In this document: piece by piece, positions 34,192 through 43,545 of the stretch
Layout of the letters: the number at the start of each line of letters is the position of its first letter
Position numbering within the stretch: position 1 is the first letter of the stretch
DNA from: an uncultured Phycisphaerales bacterium
GTDB taxonomy: Bacteria; Planctomycetota; Phycisphaerae; Tepidisphaerales; Tepidisphaeraceae
Length of the DNA stretch: 64,000 nt
Direction: 5' to 3'
NCBI GenBank assembly: GCA_963758525.1
Contig: CAVWVQ010000003.1
Span: 3,936,001-4,000,000 of the forward strand
Notes under the pieces: generated by a model
What the model was told of the DNA's origin: nothing
The model's database searches: none
The model's input: the letters and a program-made list of their open reading frames with translations, nothing else
Made by a program: the position numbers and the translations under genes

Positions 34192-34431
34192 TCGAGAGCG
34201 AAACCGCGTGCGGGTTCGGGCGCAATGCCGAAGCGCCGCGCGATCCCGGCCGGCTACAGTGCCGAGAAACGCAGAACACGAATCGACACGAATTTCGCGC
34301 GAATCTTCACGAAGCAGATCCCTGGGGTCTATTCGCGAGGTTCGTGCGCCATTCGTGCAGGTTCGTGTTCGCTTTCTTAGATTCGCGCGGCACCCTGGAG
34401 ATTGACAGCGCGGCGCTGCGGTTGACCCGTC

Positions 34432-34682
34432 GCGCCGCCCAGACTCCTCGAACGCCGAGGGTGCTTGCACCCCCACTGGTCGCCGTCGATCGCGACAACG
34501 GGCGCCGCCCAGACTCCTCGAACGCCGAGGGTGCTTGCACCCCCACTGGTCGCCGTCGATCGCGACAACGGGCGCCGCCCAGACTCCTCGAACGCCGAGG
34601 GTGCTTGCACCCCCACTGGTCGCCGTCGATCGCGACAACGGGCGCCGCCCAGACTCCTCGAACGCCGAGGGTGCTTGCACCC
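34432..34682. repeat. 70-bp perfect tandem repeat, about 3.6 copies
   Basis: GCGCCGCCCAGACTCCTCGAACGCCGAGGGTGCTTGCACCCCCACTGGTCGCCGTCGATCGCGACAACGG repeated with period 70. Confidence 0.95.
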
Positions 34683-34771
34683 TCGGTCCGCGAAGACGCG
34701 AAGCGAGCGCCACGCGCCGCGGCGGAAAACCAGCGTTTTTAGGATGGCGGAAAGCCGGGAAACCCCAACCC

Positions 34772-35930
34772 TCAAGTCAGGGACTTTGCCCACCTGATCA
34801 GCACGTCGGCAACCTCCGGCCGGCTGAACTCGGCGGGGGGCGCTGACCGGCGCCAGCAGGTCGCGGACTTTGGTGCCGCTGAGCATCACCCGGTCTTCGT
34901 TGGCAGAGTTGGTCGTCTTTGGACTGGCCATCGCCTGGGTCTTCTTGCAGTAGAACGTGTGCTCGAATTTGAGCGGGATGACGCCGATCTCTTCGGGCTT
35001 GAACTCGTCGAAAATTTTCTGGGCGTCGTAGGTGCCGTAGTAATTTCCGACGCCGGCGTGGTCGCGCCCGACGATGAAGTGGGAGACGCCGTAATTCTTG
35101 CGGATCAGCGCGTGCAGGATGGCCTCGCGCGGGCCGGCGTAGCGCATCGCCAGGGGCATCACCGTCAGCAGCGTGCGCTCCTTGTTGTAATAGTTGTCGA
35201 TCAGCACCTGGTAGCATTCCATGCGAACGTCGGCGGGAATGTCATCAGCCTTGGTTTCGCCGACGACAGGGTGAATGAGCAGGCCGTCCGTCATCTCCAG
35301 CGCGACTTTGGTGAGATACTCGTGGGCGCGATGAATCGGGTTGCGGGTCTGGAACGCGGCAATGGTCTGCCAGCCGCGCGATGCGAACGCTTCGCGCGTG
35401 CGGGCGGGCGACAAGCGATGGTCGGGAAACTCAGGGGCGTAGTTGGGATTGATGACGTCCACTTCGCCGCCCAGGCAGGTGTTTCCCTGCTTCTGCACGA
35501 TCGCAACGCCGGGATGGGCCGGGTCCTCGGTGCGATAGACATTGGGGATTTCGAGCTTTTTGTCGTGAGCGTACTTCTGACGCACCGTCATCGTCGCCAG
35601 AAGATTGCCGCGATCGTCCTTCAGGGCCAGTTTGTCCCCTTCCTTGATCGTCGCGGTGACCTCGTCGCCAGGGCAGAGCGTTACGGGGATCGGCCAGACC
35701 GTTCCGTTGGCAAGCCGCATGCTTTTGCAGACGGACTCAAAATCTTCCCGGCCCATGAAGCCCGTGAGCGGGGAGAATGCGCCGACGCCGATCATCTCCA
35801 GGTCGCACTGCTCGCGGGGGGAGAGCGTGATGGATTTGAAGCCGGATGCTGCCGTTGTGGCGGCAGTCCCCTTCACCATATCGAGAATGCGATTGACCAG
35901 TTTGCCGCCGTGCGCGGGGATCAGGGACAT
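34772..35930 (-). CDS. sat: Sulfate adenylyltransferase (indel near 34845)
   Basis: PAHGGKL, GAFSPLTGFM, FQTRNPIHRAHE, MRYAGPREA, VGRDHAG; C-terminus EFSRPEVADVL in another frame. Confidence 0.95.
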
Positions 35931-36126
35931 AGTACTCCTGTTGGTTGCTAAAAACGGGCGATAGATTAGCGTGTTTTCCGATAGGAACAAGGAGCCGCGC
36001 TAAACGAGCCTGCGCAAGTACCGCGAACGCGCGGAAAACATGCTGCCACGCGAGCAACGGCTCAAAACGGCGGGCCGAAACGCGTGGGTCGCCAAGAACA
36101 CCTGGAAACGAAGAAGTTGTGATCTT

Positions 36127-37512
36127 ATGAGTCCGCGCACGAAAAAGACAGCGACATTCATTCTGCGGTGGGGCATCGCGGTGGCCGGGGTGTGGTACGT
36201 CTTGGCCAAGACGTCCTTCAAGGATCGCGTGCTGGTGGTGGATCCTCAGACGGATCAGCCGCGCGCCGTGACTGTGCTGAATGACGCGAAGGACTCTGAC
36301 AGTCAGTTTGAAATCGTCGACCCCAATGCGAATCCGCACACCCGCTGGGTTCCGCGCAGCGAGATTTGGATCAAGCCCGACGGCTCGACATTTCTCATCC
36401 CCGATGCCGACGGCACCTTGAAAAAAGCAAAGCTCCTGGCAGTTTTGCCGAGCAATCAACCGGGGACGAAATTTCCGGCGGAAGTCATCTTGAGCCGCGA
36501 TGGAAAGCCCGAGCGGATCGACCCCGCGACGGTGCCGGGAGCCGAGTATAGCGTGTCGGTTCCCTATCCGCGGGTGGATATCGGCCTGAACCGTCTGGTG
36601 CGCGGAGCCAACCCGTGGTTTTTGCTCCTGTCGCTGTCGGTCATCCCCACTGCGATCATCATCACCAGCCGTCGCTGGCACATGCTGCTGGAGGTGCTGG
36701 ACATTCATATGGGGCAGTGGCGCACCTTCGTGATTTGCATGGTCTCCACGTTCTACAGCACGTTCATGCCCGGATCGACCGGCGGAGATCTCGTCAAGGC
36801 TTATTATGCCGCGAAGCACACGACGCACCGCACCCGCGCGGTCATGTCGGTCCTCATCGATCGAATTCTGGGATTGCTGGCCCTGATCATTCTCGGCGGA
36901 TTCATGGCATCCCTGCAATTCCAGGTGCCCGAGTGCCGGCGCGTCGCCATCGGCTGCTGGGCGCTGCTCGCGGCCACGATCATCGGATCGCTTGTCTTCT
37001 ACCATCCCGCTCTTCACAAGGCATTTCGCGTCGATTGGATTCTCGCCCGGCTGCCCTTGCAGCGGCAGGTCTCCAACGGCATCGAGGCGCTGCATCTGTA
37101 TGGACAGCGTCCCTGGATTCCGATCTGGGCGATCATCATGACCTTCCCGGTGCATATCGCGACGATCATCGCAGCCTATTTCGCGGGCCGCGCGTTCGGA
37201 ATCGAGATGCATTTTTTCTATTACTGGGTGGCCGTGCCCGTGATCGTGCTCGTCGGGGCGATTCCCATCAGCCCGCAGGGAGCCGGCGTGATGGAGTTTT
37301 TCGCGATCGAGCTGACGCGCCGCCAGGGCGTTCCCACCAGCCAGGCCATCGCGCTGGCCATGTCCATCCGATTCGTCGCGATCTTCTGGAACCTCGTCGC
37401 CGGCATTTTCGTTCTCCGCGGCGGATATCATGCGCCAACCCAAACCGAGGCCCATGAACTCGAAGACGATGCACCGCCGGGCGTCGGGGTAGCGCCGGTG
37501 GTTTCAGTTTGA
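36127..37512 (+). CDS. Lysylphosphatidylglycerol synthase-TM (flippase-like) protein with a soluble insert
   Basis: RWHMLL, FMPGSTGGDLVKAY, DRILGL, IPISPQGAGVME. Confidence 0.85.
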   Translation: MSPRTKKTATFILRWGIAVAGVWYVLAKTSFKDRVLVVDPQTDQPRAVTVLNDAKDSDSQFEIVDPNANPHTRWVPRSEIWIKPDGSTFLIPDADGTLKKAKLLAVLPSNQPGTKFPAEVILSRDGKPERIDPATVPGAEYSVSVPYPRVDIGLNRLVRGANPWFLLLSLSVIPTAIIITSRRWHMLLEVLDIHMGQWRTFVICMVSTFYSTFMPGSTGGDLVKAYYAAKHTTHRTRAVMSVLIDRILGLLALIILGGFMASLQFQVPECRRVAIGCWALLAATIIGSLVFYHPALHKAFRVDWILARLPLQRQVSNGIEALHLYGQRPWIPIWAIIMTFPVHIATIIAAYFAGRAFGIEMHFFYYWVAVPVIVLVGAIPISPQGAGVMEFFAIELTRRQGVPTSQAIALAMSIRFVAIFWNLVAGIFVLRGGYHAPTQTEAHELEDDAPPGVGVAPVVSV

Positions 37513-37740
37513 TGGAGAATGCGAAGGCATGCACACCGATCCGCGTTTCTCATTTTTCATTTTTCATTTTTCATTTTATCTTTCGCTTTTGCCCTTGCCT
37601 CGTTCTTTACTTGATCAGTTTCTTCACTTGATCAGCCCACGGAACGTCCAAGGAAAGATGAAAAATAGAAAATGAAAAATGAAAAGCTGGCAATTCTGAA
37701 CCCTGAACCCTGAACCCTGAACCCTGACTTGGCTCCTGCG

Positions 37741-38562
37741 ATGCTCCGCCGAGTTGATCGCGTCATCCTGAGAGTGGCCAGCGTGGCCGGGGCCGTGTCG
37801 TACTATCGCGACGTGCTGGGGCTGACGCTGGTGCGCGACGACGGGCGCGTGGCAAGCTTCAAGCTGGCCGAAGGGGAGGCGGAACTGGTCGTCCATGCCG
37901 ATCCGGACTTGCCGGCGGAGGCGATTTATTTCCTGGTCGACGACGTCCGCGATCTGTATCAGCGGCGAGCTGCGCTGAAGCTCCGATTCTCCGGCCCGCC
38001 GATCCAGGCGACTCACGGCTATCGCGCGGAAGTAAAGGATCCCAACGGCAATGTGCTTCGCCTGCTGGACCGCAGCACGGACCGCGAAACGGGCGCGAAA
38101 GCCAAGACAACGATTGAGGACGGCCGCACCGCAGGATCTCTCTTCGCAGGCATCGAGCCGGCCGTCCCCGCAAAGCGCGCGGCCTTGATTTCCGTTTACG
38201 AGCAGATCGGTCGCACCGCCGACGACCTGCCGTATACGCCGCACTTCGAAACCCTCTGGACCAACTACTGCGCCCACTACGCCGATCAGAAGCCTTCCCG
38301 TCAGGAAACCTGGAGGCATCTGCTGAATCTCCGCAAAGCCGGCAAACTCCCGCGCCTCGGCGAAGCCCGCTCTCCCGCACCGGAAATTGCCGACGAGGAA
38401 AAAGCGCACCTGCGCACACTCCTCGGCGCCGAACTCGGCAAACGCGATCGATTGCCTTACAGCCCGCGATTTGAGGAATTGGTGAATACCTTCAACGCGC
38501 GTCGGCCGCGCCCCCTCTCCCCACACCTCGTTTGGCGTCTGGTCGCGACGCTCGCGAAATGA
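37741..38562 (+). CDS. VOC/glyoxalase domain fused to two copies of an unknown helical module
   Basis: YYRDVLGL, YFLVDDV, DPNGNVL; C-terminal DDLPYTPHFE and DRLPYSPRFE repeats. Confidence 0.8.
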   Translation: MLRRVDRVILRVASVAGAVSYYRDVLGLTLVRDDGRVASFKLAEGEAELVVHADPDLPAEAIYFLVDDVRDLYQRRAALKLRFSGPPIQATHGYRAEVKDPNGNVLRLLDRSTDRETGAKAKTTIEDGRTAGSLFAGIEPAVPAKRAALISVYEQIGRTADDLPYTPHFETLWTNYCAHYADQKPSRQETWRHLLNLRKAGKLPRLGEARSPAPEIADEEKAHLRTLLGAELGKRDRLPYSPRFEELVNTFNARRPRPLSPHLVWRLVATLAK

Positions 38563-38627
38563 CCGCGCCGCATCATCCAATGTCTCATCGACTACAGCGA
38601 TAGCACCGATCGGCCTGGCTGATTCAT

Positions 38628-38879
38628 TCAACCCACCTTTCGATCCGCTGTAACGTATTCACCCGAGATGATGTCGTGAGCAATGTCGCGCGCTGGGCGA
38701 TGATACACCAGCGCGCCGACTCTTTCGATCTCGTTGCGGTATCGAACGATAGCACGCAGCGGCTGGTCGCCCTGCAGTTGATGCTCCAAGCGCAGGGCTT
38801 CTTCCACGTCGCCCCAGAATTGATGTATCTGTGCCACCGGAAGAGAATGAGGCTGACGATCCTGCATCGGGGCTCCCAT
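38628..38879 (-). CDS. Small hypothetical protein
   Basis: GAGGTG RBS, ~80-aa helical ORF. Confidence 0.45.
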   Translation of the reverse strand: MGAPMQDRQPHSLPVAQIHQFWGDVEEALRLEHQLQGDQPLRAIVRYRNEIERVGALVYHRPARDIAHDIISGEYVTADRKVG

Positions 38880-38937
38880 CACCTCGCGGCCCAACCGTCG
38901 CGTTTCCCGCTGCGCACGAATGGCGGCACTCCTGCCG

Positions 38938-39388
38938 TTAATAGATCGGCCGCGCCCACTGGTTCTTTCGCACTCACGCCACGAATTGCCGTAGCATCGC
39001 GGTTTCTCCCTCCGTCGCGGCTAGATCAATGAAGCGCCGGAGCAGCGCGGGTTCGAGAAAGGGGAAGGCAATGCTGGTAACACTCATCCGGCTCCAACCC
39101 TTTGGCTTTCTCCCGGCGGCGGAAGGTCGTGCTGCCCAGCGACGCCACCGGCATATCCAACTCGACCGTCAACGCCTCGATCATTCGCCCGAGCAGTTTT
39201 TTCGGCTTTTCGTGTTCCGGCAACGGCGACCGGATTTCCATCCTCCCCTGGTCGTAGGTGACGCGGATTGGCCGCTGGCCGATATCGCGAAGGAGTTTTT
39301 CGTACAACTCCCAACTCGCATCTTCCATGACGAAGTGCTGAATCTCATCGAGATGCATGACAGGCGGATGGGAGAGCGTACGGCTCAT
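38938..39388 (-). pseudogene. Uma2-family endonuclease pseudogene (internal deletion plus nonsense)
   Basis: SWELYE...RVTYDQGRMEIRSP..EH...GSTTF...GLEPDECY joins directly to the C-terminal SIAFPFL...AMLRQFVA*VR. Confidence 0.85.
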
Positions 39389-39527
39389 CCCAAAATAATA
39401 TCAACGACCGCCGCTGGCTGATAGCGGTTTCGCGCTGACGGGATGCGTCTTCCCTCCGGGACCTGCGGCCCGCTGCCGCAGAGGCTGTGATCCGCGCAGG
39501 CGTTCTTCGGGCGGTACAATAGATCTT

Positions 39528-39689
39528 ATGAAACACCTTACGGCTATCATTCACCGAGGCGAGCCGGATGAGGGGGGATTTTGGGCGACGTGTCTGGAGG
39601 TGCCCGGCGCGAACGGCCAGGGCCAAACGCGGGAAGAATGCTTGAGCAATCTGAAAGAAGCCGTTCAATTGCTGTTGGAAACCGATTAG
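39528..39689 (+). CDS. hicB: HicB-family antitoxin (53 aa, below the ORF-track cut-off)
   Basis: MKHLTAIIHRGEPDEGGFWATCLEVPGANGQGQTREECLSNLKEAVQLLLETD*; TACAAT -10 box 7 nt upstream. Confidence 0.85.
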   Translation: MKHLTAIIHRGEPDEGGFWATCLEVPGANGQGQTREECLSNLKEAVQLLLETD

Positions 39690-39750
39690 AAAGCACTTGG
39701 CGCGTTCCATCTGCCGCAACATGTCTGTCCCGCCTCCATCCGGCAATTGA
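39685..39750 (+). pseudogene. HicA toxin C-terminal remnant
   Basis: IRKHLARSICRNMSVPPPSGN* resembles the HicA C-terminal helix; no start codon or catalytic His. Confidence 0.55.
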
Positions 39751-39980
39751 AAGCGGGAAGTTCGACCTCCCGGCGGACCCGCCGTGGGCGTTCGGATTAC
39801 CCGGCGGATGCCGGCCGCCTTGGTTCTGCGGGTCTGCACGCCCGGTCGTCCGGAGAACTCACGGGCTGCTACTAAGGGTTTTCAGACAGAGAGTGGCATC
39901 TGGGTCGATTCCGTGCCGTCGTGAGGCCATTGGGTTTTCAGACAGAGCCTGATGCCCTGCTCCAACGAATTGACATTGCA

Positions 39981-40057
39981 GAGTGAAGGTAAGCGGCAGC
40001 AAAACGGGGGTGGAGAGCTGACATGGCTGATGACCTGATCACCGCTTTTGCTCACCG
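39981..40057 (+). repeat. Dispersed ~75-bp element, copy A
   Basis: AAGGTAAGCGGCAGCAAAACGGGGGTGGAGAGCTGACA..GCTGATGACC..CTTTTGCTCACCG; homologous to copies B and C. Confidence 0.8.
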
Positions 40058-40140
40058 TGCTCCGACTGAGAAGAATCGAACGTATAAAATTGATTTGCTG
40101 CGCACTCCTGTCAGAATAGCCAGGAGTACGTGAGGGGCCA

Positions 40141-40888
40141 TATGGACAGCAATCCGGTCGATGCGTTCCCGCCCGAAGTCATCGAGAAACTCGGCTTCTA
40201 CGTCTACCGCCTCATCGACCCGCGCAATGGGGAGACTTTCTACGTTGGGAAGGGAAAGGCCAACCGCGTCTTTCAGCACGCGCGGGCCGCCGTGAAACTT
40301 CTCGAAGAAGGCGACGAGACGACAAACAAGATCAAACAAATCCGCGAAATTCAGCAAGCCGGGCTTCAAGTGGGGCACGTCATCCATCGTCACGGTATGG
40401 ACGAGGCCACCGCCTTCCAGGTCGAAGCCGCTCTGATGGACGCCTACCCCGGCATCCATAATGATGCCAGTGGGATCGGTAGCGGGGACTACGGCTGCAT
40501 GCATGCTATCGAGGTCATCACCAAATATCGCGCCGACCCCGCCGAATTCCGCCACAAGGTGATACTAATTACCGTTAATCGAAGTCTTGAGGTCAAATCC
40601 CTTTACGACGCGACCCGCTTCGCCTGGAAGATCAGCCAGTCGAAGGCGAAGCAAGCCGAGGTGATTCTGCCCGTGGTGAAAGGGATCATTAAGGGCGCCT
40701 TCGTTGCAACAGAATGGTTGCCCGCGACGACCGAGAATTTTCCCGGCTGGCCGAACCATCCGGATCGCGTTGCCTTCAACGGACACGAAGCGCCTGAACC
40801 GATCGTAAGCCTTTACCTAAACAAACGCGTGCCGGAGAAATATCGTCAACAAGGCGCAGCGAATCCGATTCGCTATGCATTTCCATAA
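40141..40888 (+). CDS. LEM-3-like GIY-YIG domain nuclease
   Basis: FYVYRLIDPRNGETFYVGKGKANRVFQH, AFQVEAAL, C-terminal NPIRY; GAGGGG RBS. Confidence 0.85.
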
Positions 40889-41284
40889 CCCGTGCCGCCC
40901 AGGGACACGATAATGGGACGGACGGGGGACGAGAGACGAGAGACGAGACAGCTTTCAATTGGACGCGTCCCGGACTCGTCCCGTTATTATTTTTCTGAGG
41001 CAAACCAGCGTGCAGTCATCACTTTTCACGCCAATCATACTCAGGAAGTACCTGGCGAATGGCGCGGGACGTGGGCCGTTGTCGACACGAAGACGGTGAT
41101 GGTGAAGACAAACAGACCCGGTGACTCGATCTTTACTTTCTCCCGTTCCAGGAGGGCCGTAATGGAAGAGAGTCACGACGGCAATAGCGTTTGGCGTCTG
41201 AAGGAGAATTGAATTGCGCCAGAACTCCCTGATCTGCCAACTTCCTACGTCTCAAGGCGCTCACCGGAATGGATGAAGGACACT

Positions 41285-41365
41285 AACGGGACGTCCCGTT
41301 AAAGGTAGGCGGTAGCAAAAAGGGGTGGAGGGCTGACATTCGCTGATGACCCCTTTTGCTCACCG
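41285..41365 (+). repeat. Dispersed element, copy B
   Basis: AACGGGACGTCCCGTT hairpin, then AAGGTAGGCGGTAGCAAAAAGGGGT...ACCCCTTTTGCTCACCG. Confidence 0.8.
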
Positions 41366-41451
41366 GTGCCTTCTCAAGGATTCCACTCGTCGGAAGCCGC
41401 ACTCAATTTTACGCGAAACCCCCACTGGATGCGATAGAGCGCAATGACGAC

Positions 41452-43158
41452 TGTTAAGCCGCAGTAGAAATGTCCGGTTTTTAACCGCAATAGAACTGTC
41501 ACGTTCGGCTGGCCCTGCCGAAGGCCGGCGGGCGCTGCTTCGCCGTAGGCCTGGTCACCTTGTTATTCACGATCGGCTTCTTCACGCGCACCGGTTTCGG
41601 CTGCTCGGGCAGCTCGCGGTAGGCCAGTCGTGTTCGAACGTCCTGTAGTTGAATCGTGCCGTCCCAGGTGCCGCACCGTCACGCGCCGTCCCGCCAGTTG
41701 CAGGCGTTCGTGGGCCCGGTCGATCTGGAACCAGCGGCTCTCGTAACGCACGCACCAGTCCTGGCCCACCACCCGTTCCTCTGCAAAACACAGCACCTCC
41801 CTCAACTTCACGCCCCGCGCCAGTCGTCGGTGCGCGTCGGCCCTGCGCCGCGCCGCTACGACCTGCCTCGCGTTCATCTTCGGCAGGAAGTCCTCTTTCA
41901 GGAACGTGTTCCCCGCCTCCATCGTGCTGATGCCCGCGAGCCGCATTTCTTTGACCAGCCGATCCTGCATCGTGCGGTTTTGTCGCTCGACGCGCCCTTT
42001 GGCCTGCGGCGAGTGCGCCTTGATCAGCGTCACCCCCAGTTCCTTCATCGCCCGCCCGAACTGCGTGAGGGGCACTTCGCCCGCCAGTTCCTCCGCCGTC
42101 GTCACCGGGCGGTCCGACCGGTAGATGCTGTCGCGGTCGACGTACACGCTCCGCGGCACACCGTACAACTCGATCCATTCCCCGAACGACTCGAAGGCCG
42201 CCACGGTCGTCTCCTCCTTGAAGAACTTCGCGTGGGTCCGGCTGGTGGCGTCGTCCACCAAGTCCATCAGTACGCACTTGGGACCCCGGCCCTCGAACCA
42301 GTCGTGCGGCGACCCGTCCATCTGCACCATTTCGCCGAAGCACGCCCGACGTTCGCGGCGGCTGCGGTGCTTGCGCCCCGGCGCAGGCGCGTCCACACGC
42401 CCGCCTCCTTCAGAAGCCGCGTCAGCGTGTCCGCGCTAACCGCCAGGCCGTCCTCGGCCAGCTTCTCGCTGGCATGCGTCGGCCCGAAATCCGCGTAACG
42501 CGCCTGGTGGCGATTGACGATCTGCTGGCGTTTGGCCTCATCGATTCGGCGGTTCGACGCCCGGCCACGCGACCGATGTACCAGGCCCGCGTCCTTTTCC
42601 GCCAGGAACCGCTTGTGGATCCGCCGCGCCTGTCGCTCGGACAAGTTCAGCCATTGCGCCGCCCGAACCAGCGTGATCTCCCCTCGCTTCACCCGACCAA
42701 AAACCTCCAGCCGCAGCCGCTCGTTGCGGCTCATGCTCAATGCTTTCATCCGAGCCGTTTACAGCCAAACCGAGCGCGTCGCCTCAACCCGGCCTGCACG
42801 CGACCCAGCAAGGCCGCCGTCAGCTTGACCTTGAGCCGCCCGGGGAACGAGGATGTCTCTGCCGCCTGGAGGATAGGGCTCCGCAGGAGTGCGACCCGAG
42901 CGCCAGTCGGTTGCCATACGGCAATGGATCGGGCGGACCTGCTCCGCCCGATCCCGCCGCATCCAACCTGCCGGCGGCACCAAAGCGCAAAACTCCGGGG
43001 TTTGGGGCAGAGCCCCAAGAAGCGTTTCAGTCTTCTTCCTTACCTCTTCCATCCACGTGACAAAGCAAGCAACCGACAAAATAGCGCATCCACTGCGAAC
43101 CGGGAAACCGGACATTTCTATTGCGGCTAAGGGGTGACATTTCTATTGCGGCACAACA
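41452..43158 (-). mobile_element. Complete IS1202-family (former ISNCY) insertion sequence, 1707 bp, with a 16-bp target-site duplication
   Basis: TGT...ACA ends, each with two CCGCARTAGAAMTGTC subterminal repeats; AGAGCGCAATGACGAC duplicated at 41436-41451 and 43159-43174. Confidence 0.92.
41499..42749 (-). CDS. IS1202/ISNCY-family DDE transposase (two indels, near 42390 and 41665)
   Basis: HTH (LNLSERQARR), YADFGPT, QMDGSPHDWFEGR, VYVDRDSIY, SPQAKGRVER. Confidence 0.9.
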
Positions 43159-43318
43159 AGAGCGCAATGACGACAGTGTCATCGCAGAATTGATTGAATG
43201 TGACGCGAACTTCCCAGGGACCACGCAATTGCTCGACAGCGGGGCTCGGCGGGGTCCGTGACGGTTTCGGCGCGGCATTTGCGTCATGCCACGATCTTAG
43301 TCACGCAGGGAGGACACG

Positions 43319-43412
43319 AACGGGGCGCGTCCCGTTATCTCCGTCCGGAGTAAAGGTAAGCGGCAGCAAAGCGGGGATGGAGGGCCGTCATTTAGCTGAT
43401 GGCTTTTTTTAC
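43319..43412 (+). repeat. Dispersed element, copy C (degenerate)
   Basis: AACGGGGCGCGTCCCGTT...GAGTAAAGGTAAGCGGCAGCAAAGCGGGGATGGAGGGC...GCTGATGG. Confidence 0.7.
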
Positions 43413-43545
43413 TGACTACTTTCATGGCCGCTTGACTCGCTCGGGGCCGAGGTGGCTCGCTATACCTTCCTCGCATGAAACTTTGATTCACTGCACCTCG
43501 CCGGCGTCGCCGCGTACGACGGCCCGCTTTCCTCGCCCGAAGCTT

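Noticed and set aside
34432..34682. CRISPR array
   Set aside because: All 70-bp units are identical, so there are no variable spacers, and no cas gene is in the window.
35931..36126. SAM or other riboswitch upstream of sat
   Set aside because: No recognisable aptamer consensus; the gap looks like a divergent promoter region.
39876..39947. Mini-CRISPR from two GGGTTTTCAGACAGAG 16-mers 40 bp apart
   Set aside because: Only two short, non-palindromic copies; they look more like leftover IS terminal sequences.
41281..41307. Integron attC site (CACTAAC...GTTAAAG)
   Set aside because: Only 10 bp separate the putative R boxes, far too short, with no L boxes and no integron integrase.
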